Shown: positions 1-11,229 of the stretch, piece after piece
How positions within the stretch are numbered: the stretch's first letter is position 1
How the letters are laid out: the number at the start of each line of letters is the position of its first letter
Assembly: GCA_038087875.1 (NCBI GenBank)
Contig: CM075980.1
Coordinates: 10,230,001 to 10,294,000, forward strand
Source of the DNA: Malacoraja senta
Taxonomy: Eukaryota
DNA length: 64,000 bases
Direction of reading: 5' to 3'
Notes under the pieces: model-generated
Database searches by the model: none
What the model saw: the letters and a program-made list of their open reading frames with translations, nothing else
Told to the model about the DNA's origin: nothing
Translations under genes and position numbers: made by a program

Positions 1-519
1 CGATGGCACCTGAAGCCGACAGGGCCGCGCCGAGTTGGAGCCACGAGGCTCCCGATGTTAAAGGCGGCGCCGCCGCCCGCGGCTGGTTGCTCCGCAGACC
101 CGCAGCCCGGAGGTGTTGATCTCGGCGGTCATCGCATACCGGAGCGCCAGCGCGTCGATCCAGCTCGGCGACCCAGGCAAGGCATCGCCCGCTACGGTCC
201 CCGATAGCGCTCCAGCGCTGTGCCGCCGACCGAAGCTGAAGGTGCTGGGCGGTCCCAGTCAGGAAACGGCGCTCCATGCCCGCTGGTAGGCCACGAGGAC
301 GGGTCGACGAGGCAGCCCGGAGAAAAAGCTGCCTCACCGACCAGGCAGGGACCTAGAATAAAATTACCCCCATTCACCTTACATTCAAAAGTAGATTTCT
401 CCAACTGGAGACACTAAAACACACTAAAAAACTATTTAAAAAAAGGTGAATTAAACGGACGGGTGCTGGTTAGCAGCCGTTCCCCAACATGGCTCCTCCT
501 CCTCAGGAGGAGGAGCCAT
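1..519 (-). mobile_element. GC-rich 5' part of a ~1-kb non-autonomous retroelement (full copy at 23796-24780)
   Basis: Matches 24275-24780. Absent at the equivalent empty site near 48000. Confidence 0.55.
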
Positions 520-521
520 GT
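487..521. other. Perfect foldback palindrome (17-bp arms, 1-nt spacer)
   Basis: acatggctcctcctcct-c-aggaggaggagccatgt; the arms are exact reverse complements. Confidence 0.95.
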
Positions 522-1721
522 ACTCCGTCTCAATCTCCATCTCGGCTGGATAAAACGTCAATGTCGAGTTTGACATATTTCTACTCTACCTCCAGTGGTG
601 CTCAGGCGAGGAATAGACTTTAATCATTCTGGTTTTAGAATAAGTGCTCTCATTCTGTTCTTTTCTCGTGCGTTAACTTCCTCCATAGAGACTTAACGTA
701 GTCAGGAACATACTTGCTGTTACACTTCCCTTTTTCAGTAGTTACAATCCAAAGATACTTATAACGAAGCGACGCTGTTACATTTTATCAAGGGGGGGGG
801 TTCAAAATGCCCTTGAAACATTTATTCTGTCCTCACAATATTATTGCACATTAGAGCTCAGAGTAGAGTGCTTGCTTCAGCAGTTTGGTCTTGGATCTGT
901 ACCCCAAGGATATGGACACCAAATCACCATCCCTGCCATCCCTTACTCACACACAGCTCCCAACAATGTTGAGCAACTGATCACAACGTGGATACTTTAA
1001 GCGTTGGCCTGTGAACCAATGCTTGCAAACCTTCACTTCCGGTGCCAATAGGTTTGGGCGGTCTCATGTACAACGCATTGGCAACCTTGTGCGTTGGTTC
1101 GCCAGGTTACCTTAATGAGCGACGTTCAAGAATCTGTTGATTGCTGTTGGTTAGCAGAAATTGTTTTTCATGCTATGTTCGAGGTATTGACCTTCGAACG
1201 TCAGTTTCCATAGTCTGCGTGAGGCTCTACAAAAGCATCACTGGGGATTTTAGTAATCAAAGCCTACCTTGAACGGTGATCCCCAATTTTCAGCGTGAGC
1301 TGTGTTCTTGAAATTTGATTTTTGAGGAGAGGTGCAGGGGGAATGGCATTGTTCAGTAGGGGTAGTTATAGGAAGCGCGATTGCTAGCTGCCATGTAACG
1401 TCCCCTCATGGAGGGTAGCTACATTGTTCAGAAGAAAAGCTGACGACCATATGGAGCCCCGCCTCTCCAATTATACTTGCATTTGAATTATTCATCGCCT
1501 GTGCTTTCACCTCTTACCGTCTTCTTACCGTCCAGGGATTGTAGACTCTTCCAGTGTTGTGTTGACAGCACACATTCCTTTACATACGAGGAAACAAACA
1601 TGCATTGCTTAATGGAGCACCTGTACTCAGTCCGTAAAGTGAATCCGGAGCTTCAATTTCGACCTTTCTGTGTGGTTTAATGTGGCAGGGGCGGGGGGAG
1701 GGGTGCCGGGGGGGGGGGGGT

Positions 1722-1820
1722 GAAGCAGTACTTGAAATTAAAGAAATCAATGTTCATACCGCTGAGTTGTAAGCTGCACAAGCGAAATATGAGGTGCTAT
1801 TATTCCAATTTGCGCGTGGG
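1722..1820 (-). mobile_element. Inverted 3' copy (pseudo-LTR) of a Penelope-like element
   Basis: Minus strand reads ...HLIFRLCSLQLSGMNIDFFNFK, the same C-terminal segment as the plus-strand copy at ~2700-2775. Confidence 0.65.
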
Positions 1821-1884
1821 GTCGTTTTGAGTTGTCCAGGGCAGTAAGCTCAGTGTGGAAATGGGAAGGAGTTAAAATGTTAGG

Positions 1885-2830
1885 TATTCATGTTATCTGG
1901 TCTACACGTCTTCCTACCCTGCCACTTTCAAATACTCTATCCCCTACTACAAATTCCTCTGTCGCCGCTGTTGTTTCTCCGAAGATGAGATGTTCCAGAC
2001 TAGAACATCGGAGATATTATAATTCTTTAGGGAACTAGAGTTCCACCCTTTTATCATAAATTGGACCATTACACGTGTCGCATCTGGATCCAGCGGTTCC
2101 GCAATTGTTCCCAATCCCCACGGCCGCGACAGAGACAGTTATTATCCTCCTAATTTTCATCACCTCCAAAGGGATCCCATCACTAGTCACATCTTCCCAC
2201 ACCCCCATCCCCACACACACACACTTCTGTGTACGCAGTGACCATTCCCTCTGAAACTCTCTGGTTCATTCATCAGTTCCCACCCAAACCACCCTCTACC
2301 CAGAGACTTTCCCTTACAACCGCAGAAGATGCAATCCCGTCCTTATACCTCCCACCTCGACTATATCCAGGGACCCTGACATTCGTTTCAGCTAAGGCAA
2401 AGGTTTACTTGCACCTTCTCCATCTCATCTATTGTTCGATGTGGGCTCTTAATATTGGCGAGAGGAACTATGGACTTGGTGGTCGTTTCGCTGAACACTT
2501 ACCAATGGCCAACGGGATCTTCTAGTTGCCGAAACATTCTACCTCCCAGTGAAGATTGGTCTCGACCCGAAACGTCACCCATTCCTTCTCTCCCGAGATG
2601 CTGCCTGTCCCGCTGAGTTACTCCAGCTTTCTTTTATCTATATTCCCATACTGACCATTCTGTCCTTTCGTCGTCAGAGTGAGGCCACATACAAATGGAA
2701 AGAACAGCACCTCACATTTCGCTTGGGCAACTTTCAACGCATTGGTATGACTGATGGTTTCTCTAATTTCAAGCTACTCTTGCATCCCCCCATCCTTATA
2801 TCCTTCTCGTTATCACCCTTTCCCCAGCCA
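1885..2830 (+). mobile_element. Decayed Penelope-like retroelement, GIY-YIG endonuclease end
   Basis: Fragmentary frames give NRRRCN, YIQGP, RQRFTCT, LIYC, IGERNYGLGGRFAEHL and EQHLTFRLGNFQ...FSNFK, typical of the PLE GIY-YIG domain. Confidence 0.75.
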
Positions 2831-3035
2831 ACAATGGTCTATTATGGGCTCCACCCTTCCTGAAGTCATCTGCTGCCAGCCCTGATTTGTCTGGCCTTGT
2901 CACCTACAGTTTCCACGCCCACCACCACTTTCAGTCTGAAGAAGGCTTCCGATCCGAAACGTCACCTATTCCTTTTCTCCAGAGATGCAGCCTGACCCGC
3001 TGAGTTATTCCAGCATTTTTGTGTCTACTGTCGGT
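2552..3035 (+). repeat. Short interspersed repeats of the 'gtctcgacccgaaacgtcacc...gctgagttactccagc' type (PLE-tail/SINE-like) at ~2552-2645 and ~2933-3035
   Basis: The motif recurs many times in the window (also ~9530-9610 minus, 13785-14000, 48385-48530, 55617-55700). Confidence 0.65.
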
Positions 3036-3439
3036 TTATAGTTCTTTGGCTAAATTCCTCCCTATCCATGTATTTACTTTTGGGATGAATGTATTGTTGG
3101 TCAGACAATGCATCGATCGCCCATCCCTATCTGCCATTGAGAAGCTGATGATAAACTACCTTGATGCTGTCTGACCTGCTGAGCTACTTCGGCTTTTGTG
3201 TGTCTATCTTCAGCAACTCTAATCTTGTGATACCATTCATGTTATAAATCTAAAGGTTGGATCAAGGAAGAGTGAAAGATGATATATTTCCAAGCCTTGA
3301 TGTGCTTGGAAGTTACATTGCAGACAACTACATTATTATGCGGAAGATAAACACAAAATGCTGAAGTAAATCAACGGGCAGGCAGAATCTCTGGAGACAC
3401 GGGATAGGTGTCAGCTTCTGCACCAAGCACCCAATGCAA

Positions 3440-4135
3440 ATGAGCACCTGTAGTTCCTGGACTCTGCGGAAGGACTTGGATATGCTGGGGGAATGAGCTG
3501 AGTAGTGGGAGATGGGATACAGCACAGCAAAGTGTGGAGTCATGCATTTGGGTAGCAGGAATAAAGTATGACTATTTTATAAATGGGGAAATAATTCACA
3601 AATCGGAGATACAAAGTGACTTGGGAGTGCTGTTGCAGGATTACCAAAAAGTTAATTTGCAAGTCGAATCATTAGCAAGGAATGTGAATGCAATACTAGG
3701 ATTTCTTTCAAGAGGGCTAGAATACAAAACATGGATGTAATGCTGAGGCTTTATAAGGAACTGCTCAGACTGGATTTGGATTATTATGCGCAGTTTTAGG
3801 CCCCATATCTGAGGAAATATGTGTTGGCTTTGGAGAGGGTCCGGATGAGGTTTAGGAGAATGATCCCAGGATTAATTGGGTTAATATGTGACGGCGCTTG
3901 AAGGCACAGGGATTGTGTTCGCATGAGTTTAGAAGGATAAAGGAGGACCTGATTGAAACTTACCAAATAGTGAAAGGCTTCTATAGAGTAAACGTGGAGA
4001 GGATGTTTCCACTGGTGGGAGAGTCTGTGGCCAGTGGCCATAGACTCAGCATTAAAGGACGTATCTTTATAAAGGAGAAGAGGAGGATTTTTATTAGTCA
4101 GGGGGTGGTGAATCTTTGGAATCAATTGCCATAGA
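3440..4135 (+). mobile_element. CR1-clade LINE, 3' ORF2 fragment
   Basis: Frames give DLGVLLQD, ILGFLSRGLEYK, DLIETYQIV, GHRLSIKGR and VVNLWNQLP. Confidence 0.85.
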
Positions 4136-4149
4136 GAGGCGTGGATAAA

Positions 4150-5240
4150 GTCTCCTCATCTCAGTCCTAAATGGCCTACACCCTCATTCCTAATCTGTGA
4201 TGCCTGGTTCTGTTCATCCCCAACATCGGGGGGGGGGGGGGAAATTCTACCTCTAGCCTGTCCAATCCCTTCAGAATTGTATGTGTTTCTATAAGATACC
4301 CTCTCATCCTTCTAATTTTAGTGAATACAAGCCCAGTCGTCCCATTCTTTCATCATATGTCAGTCCCGCCATCCCGGGAATTAACCTGGTGAATTGACGC
4401 TGCATCCCTCAATGGCAAGAATGTCCTTCCTCAAATTAGGGTCCAAAACTGCACACAATAGTCCAGGTGTGGTCTCAACAGGACCCTGTACTGCTGCAGT
4501 AGGACCTCCTTTCTCCTATACTCAAATCCTCTCACTATCAAGGGCAACATGCCATTTCCTTTCTTCATTGCCTGGTGTACCTGCATGCTTACATTCAATG
4601 ACTGATGTACAAATGACTAATGTGCAGGGCCTCGTTGCACTTCACCTTTTCCTAATCTGACACAATTCAGATAATAACCTGCCTTCTTGTTCTTGCCACC
4701 AAAGTGGATAACCTCACATTTATCCACATTATACTGCATCTGCCCACTCACCCAACCTATCCAAGTCACCCCACAGCCCCATACCACCCTCTTCGCAGCT
4801 CACGCTGCCACCCAGCTTTGTGTCATCCGCAAACGTGGAGATGTTACTTTTAATTCCCTCATCTAGATCATTAATATACATTGTAAATAACTGGGGTTCC
4901 AGCATTGAGCCTTGCGGCACCCCACTAGTCACTGCCTGCCTTCTGTAAAGGACCCATTAATTCATTCTCTTTGCATCCTGCCTGCCAACCAGTCCCTTAT
5001 CCATGTCAATACCCTACTCACAAAACCATGTGCTCTAGTTTTGCACACTAATCTCTTGTGTGGGACCTTGTCAAAGGCTTTTTGAAAGTCCAGATACAAC
5101 ACATCAACTGGCTCTCCCTTTTCCATTCTACTTGTTACATCCTCAAATGTTTCCAGAAGATTGGTCAAGCATGATTTCCCTTTCATAAATCCCTGCTGAC
5201 TTTGTCGGATCCCTTCATTGCTTTCCAAATACGCTGCAAT
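4150..5240 (-). mobile_element. CR1-clade LINE, RT fragment
   Basis: Frames give QQGFMKGKSCLTNLLE, YLDFQKAFDKVPH and [25 protein letters not shown]. Confidence 0.9.
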
Positions 5241-6289
5241 TACATCTTTAATGATTGAATAATTTTAAAGCCGAGATTGACAGATCCTTGATTGGTACAG
5301 GGGGTACGGAGATAAGACATGAGAATGGTAGAGAGGTTAAGATAGATCAGACATGATTGAATGGTGGTGTAACCTTGATGGGCTGAATGGCCTAATTCTG
5401 CTCCTAGAAGAATGAATTTATGAACATGAATTATGCGTCTGGTTCTTGAATGCCTTGGTGACCATTTTCTTGAGGTTATACATAAGGGGACTGATTAGAA
5501 TGCATTCTGTAGACGGCACAGACTGTGGGCTTGTTGCACTTGTGGCAAAGAGAGGCAAAGAATGGGATTATGCCATTAAAATAAAAACGTAATCCTGTAA
5601 AATCTCGCACTTCTTGAACGTTGTCGGATCTGAAGTCATCACACATGTAGCGAGGCTGTCATCATAGCCATATTGCTCTTTTTTAAGCATTATCAGTCTT
5701 GAAAATTTGGTATTGAGTGGGGAACTGGAATGAGATGGAATGGAGATAGATTATTTTGCTTCCAACAGGATCTTTATTATAGAAAATACGAGAACATTTT
5801 CATAAAGCAGTAAATCTCATGTCCTTCTGCTTGTTAAGCGTGAACTGATATAGACGGCGGTTAATAATAAGAAGTCACATGAATTTCTCCTCTTCCAGAT
5901 TCCTGTTTGCTATAGCTTGTCTGGAGATCTCGAAAGTCCTGGCACATTTCGGGATCATGATCTGATGCGCAGTCTTTCTCTCTCTCTCATGAAGGTGAGT
6001 TCTGTGAGCTGGATCGAAACATTAATTTATAAATCAATAAATCTGATCTCGAAACAAAAGTAAACAGTTTTAAAACTAGTTGTTCTTCTTTGTACTCAAG
6101 AAACAGTAAGCTATTTATTAAATCAAGGGCCGAGCTAGTCTCGGATGTCTCTAAGAATGAAATTGAGATATCCCAATAGACATCTGGAAGTGCCGTGGGG
6201 TCAACAATCTTTTCTTAGTACACCATGTCCACTTTCTTGACTGTTAAACATTAAACAATCCTTCATCAATGCACTCTGCTCGATCTTTG

Positions 6290-7325
6290 ACATGGTATTG
6301 ACATGGATAGAGAATTGATTGGGAAACAGGAAACAAATTGTAGGAATAAACGGGTCCCTGTCGGAATGGTAGGCATGGCGAGTGGAGTGCCGCAAGGCTC
6401 GGTGCTGGGACCGCAACTATTTACAATATATATTAATGATTTAGATGATGGCATTAAAAGTAACACTAGCAAATTTGCAGATGACACAAAGTTGGGTGGC
6501 ATTGTGAAGTCGAAGAAGATGCTAGGATGTGGTAGGGCGACTTGGACAGGATGAGTGAGTGGGCAGATGCATGGCAGGTGCAGTATAATGTAGATAATTG
6601 TGAGTTTATCCACTTTGGTGGCAAGAACAAGGAGGCAGATTATTATCTCAATGGTGTCAGATTAGGAAAAAGGGAAGTGCAGCGAGACTTGGGTGTCCTT
6701 GTACACCAGTCACTGAAAGAAAACATGCAGGTGCAGCAGGCAGTGAAGTAAGCTAATGGCATGTTGGCCTTCATAACGAGAGGATTTAAGTAGAGGAGTA
6801 AAGAGGTCCTTCTGCAGTTGTACAGGGCCCTGTTGAGACGACATCTGTAGTATTCTGTGTGTTTTTGTCCCCTAATTTAAGGAAGGGCATCCTTAGTGCA
6901 GCATAGGTTCAAGAGGTTAATCCCTGGCATGACGGGACTGTCATATGAAGAAAGATTGGAAAGATTGGGCTTGTATTCACTGGAAGTAAGAAGGAGGGGA
7001 TGTTATAGAAACTTATAATATCCAGAACCGGGGCCACAGTTTAAGAATAAAGGGGAGGCCATTTAAAACTGAGAGGAAAAAAACCTTTCACCCAGAGAGT
7101 TGTGAATTTGTGGAATACTCTGCAACAGAAGACAGTAGAGGCCCAATTCACTGGATGAATTGAAAAGAGTTGGATTAGAGCTCTCGGGGCTAGCGGAATC
7201 AAGCGATATGGGGAGAAAGCAGGCAAGGGTTAGTGATTATGGATGATCAGCCATGATCACAATGAATAGCGGTGCAGGCTCGAAGGGCCAAATGGCCTGC
7301 TCCTGCACCTATTTTCTATGTTTCT
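6290..7325 (+). mobile_element. CR1-clade LINE, RT-to-3' fragment
   Basis: [39 protein letters not shown], followed by a decayed C-terminus and a tail ending ttctatgtttcta. Confidence 0.9.
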
Positions 7326-7484
7326 ATCGCACTTGGTCACATCTAATTCTTCAAAGTTATTCATTTGTATGATGATTGCGTCTCTGGGAACGCAGTATTT
7401 ATTGCCCATCCAAAAGAGGGAACACAGAGACACAAGGAACTGCGGCTGCTGGAATCATGATGAAACACAAAGTGCTGGAGTAAC

Positions 7485-8410
7485 ACGGGGTGTGCCTCAG
7501 GGTTCGGTGCTGGGACCGTTAATATTTGTCATCCATAATCAATGATTTGAATGAGATCATACTCGGTAAGATTAGCAAGTTTGCAGATGATACAAACGTG
7601 GGAGGTTTTGCAGATAGTGGCGATGGTTGTGAAAAAGTGCAGCAGGATCTTGATCAATTGGCCAGGTAGGCTGAGGAATGGTTGATGGAATTTAATGCAG
7701 AGAAATGTGAAGTGTTGCATTTTGGGTAGTCTAACATGGGCAAGACCTACGCAGTCGACGGTAGATCGGGAGGTCAAAAAGGCTTTTGGCACATTGGCCT
7801 TCATCAGCGAGAGTAATGAGTATAGAGGTTATGAGGTCTTGTTGCAGATGTATCAGACGTTGGTGACGCCGCATTTACATTATTGTGTTCAGTCTGGGCA
7901 CCATCTTATAGGAAAGATTTCGACAAGCTGGAAAAGGTACAGAGAAGATTTACGAGGATGTTGCCAGGACTAGAAGGTCTGAGCTATAGGGAGAGGTTGA
8001 GTAGGCTGGGACTCTATTGTTTGGAGCACAGGGAGACGAGGGGGAAATCTTAAAGGTGTATAGGGTCCTCATTGGAATAGATCGGGTAGATGCACAGTCT
8101 CTTGCCTAGAATAGGTGAATCGAGGTTTATGGTGACAGGGCAAAGATTTAATAGGAATCCGAGGGGTAACTTTTTCCCACAGGTGGTTGTATGGAACAAG
8201 CAGCCAGAGGGGGTAGTTGTGCCATGGACTATCCCAACGTTTAAAAAACAGTTAGACAGGTACATGGATATGACAGATTTGGAGGGATATGAACCCAATA
8301 CGGGCAGATGGGACTAGTGTAGATGGGACATTTTGGCCGATGTGGGAAAGTTGGACCGAAGGGCTTGTTTCCACACTCTATGACTCTATGACTCTCTTTG
8401 ACTCTATGGG
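7485..8410 (+). mobile_element. CR1-clade LINE, RT-to-3' fragment with (ctatgact)n-type tail
   Basis: [16 protein letters not shown] and KKAFGTLAFIS motifs; tail repeats at ~8378-8407. Confidence 0.85.
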
Positions 8411-8689
8411 GGATCATGTAGTATCTGTGGGTCGGCATTTGGGAGGTAATAATGAACAGACATGAGCCAGTGCAATCTTTCGCGTGTTCATTTTCTCAAG
8501 GTATTTCACGTTGCAAAGTTGACAACATGCAGCAGTGAGAGAAGGATGAGAACGGTGAGAGCAGGGACCTGTGTAAATAAACATTAGGTAAACTTGCTAG
8601 TCGTAGTGACATGCCTACGTTCAAAAAGGCTTATGCGCGCAATTACTGCTCATTCTGTAGATGGTACTAATTGTATTCACTTTAGTTTA

Positions 8690-8880
8690 ATTTGTAGATA
8701 CAGCGCGGAAACAGGCTCTGCTGCCCACTGATCAACAGTCCCCGCACATTAACACTATCCGACACACTTTAGGGACAATATATAATTTTACCAAGCCAAT
8801 GAACCTACGAATCTGTCTTTGTAGTCTGGAAGGAAACCGGAGCTTCCTGCGAAATCCCAGGCAGATCATGGGGAAAACGT
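8690..8880 (-). mobile_element. SINE fragment (V-SINE/HE1-like)
   Basis: Resembles the recalled cartilaginous-fish SINE consensus (agggacaat...ccaagccaat.aaccta...ggaaaccggag). Not checked against a database. Confidence 0.5.
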
Positions 8881-9898
8881 AGTGGTGAAAGGATGAATGG
8901 TTAAGTTAATGGATTGCTGTCCAGTCATGTGCACTGCTAAACTAATATATTTAATGAGACCTTAAGGACAATTATTAATTGTAATTATTTTTCTCACCCG
9001 CTATTTCCCGAAAACCGCTCTTCGCGTTTCTCCCTTGTCAGTTTTGCCAGATAGCTGGAGAGCCCATATTCCATTCAACTTTAATTGGATATGGATGTGC
9101 TGTATGTAACATTCCTGTCGTCCTGTCGTATTACAAAGTCGAAAGAACTCTGGAAGTGGTCGGTGAGAGCCAATATGTCCCCTTTTACTTCACTCATATA
9201 TGCATTAATTTGGTACAGGTAACATTTCCACTTTGAGTCGTGGCAAGTTTTGCGAATTACTGCGCATTACAATAGGATAGTATCACAGACCGCTTTTCCA
9301 AGCCCGACACACATCGGGTAGTCAAAATAGCCTCCAAAATAGCAACTTTACTGACATTTGTAGTGATCTTCTGTCCCCTCAGGTCCTTTCTAAATTATCT
9401 GATACACAAGTAGAAGGGCAGCCAGTGGGGGTTTTGATTTCTAAAATTACAAAGATATCTAAGTATAGATTTAATGTGCTTTTTAATAAAAACAGTGCTG
9501 AGGAGGTGACTGTGATCATGTTATGTTCAGCGATACGGAAGTAGACAGAAATGCTGGAGAAACTCAGCGGGTGAGGGAGCATCCATGGAGCGAAGGAAAT
9601 CAGCGATCCGGATTCAGTTGGCCCGTTTAGATAAAATATTACTATTCCGTTTTCATTGGTGTTTAAACAGTTACCGAATTTAATATTTAAACCTCGCAAT
9701 CTGTTTAATGTATATATGCGGAGGGTTCAGACAAGAAATTTTAGATGGTTTGTTTATAAAGAAGGGACAACTGTGGCAATCCTTTTCATTCTGCTGTATG
9801 TATGAGAACGCATGAAGCTTTTTAGAAATACAAATTTCTAAAAGAAGACCTGCACGTTTCACAGTGGCGAATATTTTGAGGAAGAATCTGGCAATTTC

Positions 9899-9980
9899 TG
9901 ATTGGCTTCGACGAGCATATCGTTTTGATTGGTTTGGATAGATAAACACACGGTGACATCTCGTCATTCCATTTATAAAG
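9899..9980 (+). promoter_or_regulatory. IgL cluster 1 promoter: two inverted CCAAT boxes, a TGAC-N5-GTCA element and a TATA box
   Basis: TGATTGG at 9899 and 9926, TGACATCTCGTCA at 9954-9966, TATAAA at 9974, ~75 bp upstream of the ATG. All are conserved in the three copies. Confidence 0.7.
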
Positions 9981-10049
9981 AGAGCCAGAGAGCAAGATTG
10001 CACGTCACTTGTCCTGGAAACTGCCGCCCGATCGGAGCTCAGTCGGTTA

Positions 10050-10104
10050 ATGAAAATGTCTTATTGGATCCGTGTGGTCGGAGCGTTGGTGTTTTGCGCA
10101 GTTT
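10050..10104 (+). CDS. IGL: Ig light chain cluster 1, leader exon (MKMSYWIRVVGALVFCAV)
   Basis: Hydrophobic signal peptide ending in a phase-1 donor (t|gtgagt). Splices in frame to 10225. Confidence 0.9.
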
Positions 10105-10224
10105 GTGAGTATTTTACTTTCCTGGACATTATACTTATTTCTATTCACCATTAATTTGGGGTTATCTCCCACACTTCAACAAACTTAACAATTTTCTTTT
10201 TTTCTGATATTTCTCTTTTCTCAG

Positions 10225-10569
10225 ACTTAAGCGCGGCAGTTACAGTAAGTCAGCCGCCTTCGATGTCCGCCTCCACGGGACAGCAAATACAAATATCCTG
10301 CACCATATCGGGTTCCAGTTCAGGCGCTGACTATGTCTCCTGGTACCAACAGATTCCTGGCAAAACTCCCAAGTATCTATTCTACTATTATACCAGTGGC
10401 AGCATTTATAAAGGCACGGACATTCCAGACCGTTTTTCCGTCTCGGTGTCAGGCAGCTCTCTAGTATTCGCAATATCTAGCGTTCAATCGGTGGATGCTG
10501 CGGACTATTACTGTGCCAAATGGGATAGTGGTTTACATTTCGGTAAAGGAACGAGGCTGGGTATTGGCG
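10225..10569 (+). CDS. IGL: Ig light chain cluster 1, germline-joined VJ exon
   Basis: Polypyrimidine tract and AG acceptor at 10224. V-set hallmarks (SC, WYQQ.PGK.P, IPDRFS, D.ADYYC) run straight into a J motif (FGKGTRL) and a g|gtaagt donor. No RSS or spacer lies between V and J. Confidence 0.97.
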
Positions 10570-11229
10570 GTAAGTAAAATATATTCTTCGGACAGCACGC
10601 TATTTTCTTTTTATTTTAATGCAGATATTGCTTGATTTAACGTCGTGAGTTCACATTATACGTGATTGGGCCAGCTGTATTTCAGTGCAGATAGTGCGAT
10701 CTTGCTATACAGATGTTCCGAGTTCATTTGGACATAGCTCAGTGAAATGACTGCAAAAGCGAGCTAATGTTTTGTCTTGAGCTTTTACAGACGAACAATC
10801 AATTTCGCGACAAAAGCATTCTGTGCCCAGGGAACCACGGGACTGTAGCGACTTTGAGCGAATTAACTCGCTTAGGACAGTAGTTACTTGGATCCCCTTT
10901 TAGGCATTGAGGTCTGGTGGCACGGTGCCGCGATGCGAAGGAATTATTTGTTCCATGTTGTTTTGTCTAATATTCAAGCAAGTGTTTCACTCTGTAGCCC
11001 ATTATACTTCAGTTGCATTACGAAAATAACGTATATAATTGTTTTCGCTGATCAGAGCCATATTCCGCCTTCAAAGCATTTCAAAACAACCATGACCAGG
11101 CAAGACTAATCCTTACAGCGTCAATATTAGATTAGAAATCGCGCAGCTGCGATTCCAAGCAATATTTTTTTTTACAGTTCACAGAATTACTTAGGACCGC
11201 ACCATGAATTTAATGTACTCGAAAATGTG

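Noticed and set aside
192-417. Short ORFs in GC-rich repeats (also 21327-21901, 22680-23099, 24112-24691, 45607-47317)
   Set aside because: Overlapping, low-complexity, P/R/G/A-rich frames on both strands within interspersed repeats. No domain is recognisable and the frames are not conserved between paralogues.
9860-9866. CACAGTG heptamers (9860, 21184, 21244) as possible RSS
   Set aside because: No ACAAAAACC-like nonamer at 12- or 23-bp spacing, and none abuts a V or J coding end.
10240-10473. Antisense ORFs over the V and C exons (10240-10473, 12140-12391 and copies)
   Set aside because: Shadow frames of the Ig exons with no independent coding signal.
10225-10569. Alternative identity as a T-cell receptor chain or processed pseudogene (FGKGT J motif)
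   Set aside because: The C exon is a single light-chain C1 domain with a penultimate Cys and stop, and no transmembrane segment. The leader and J-C introns are retained, which excludes retroposition.
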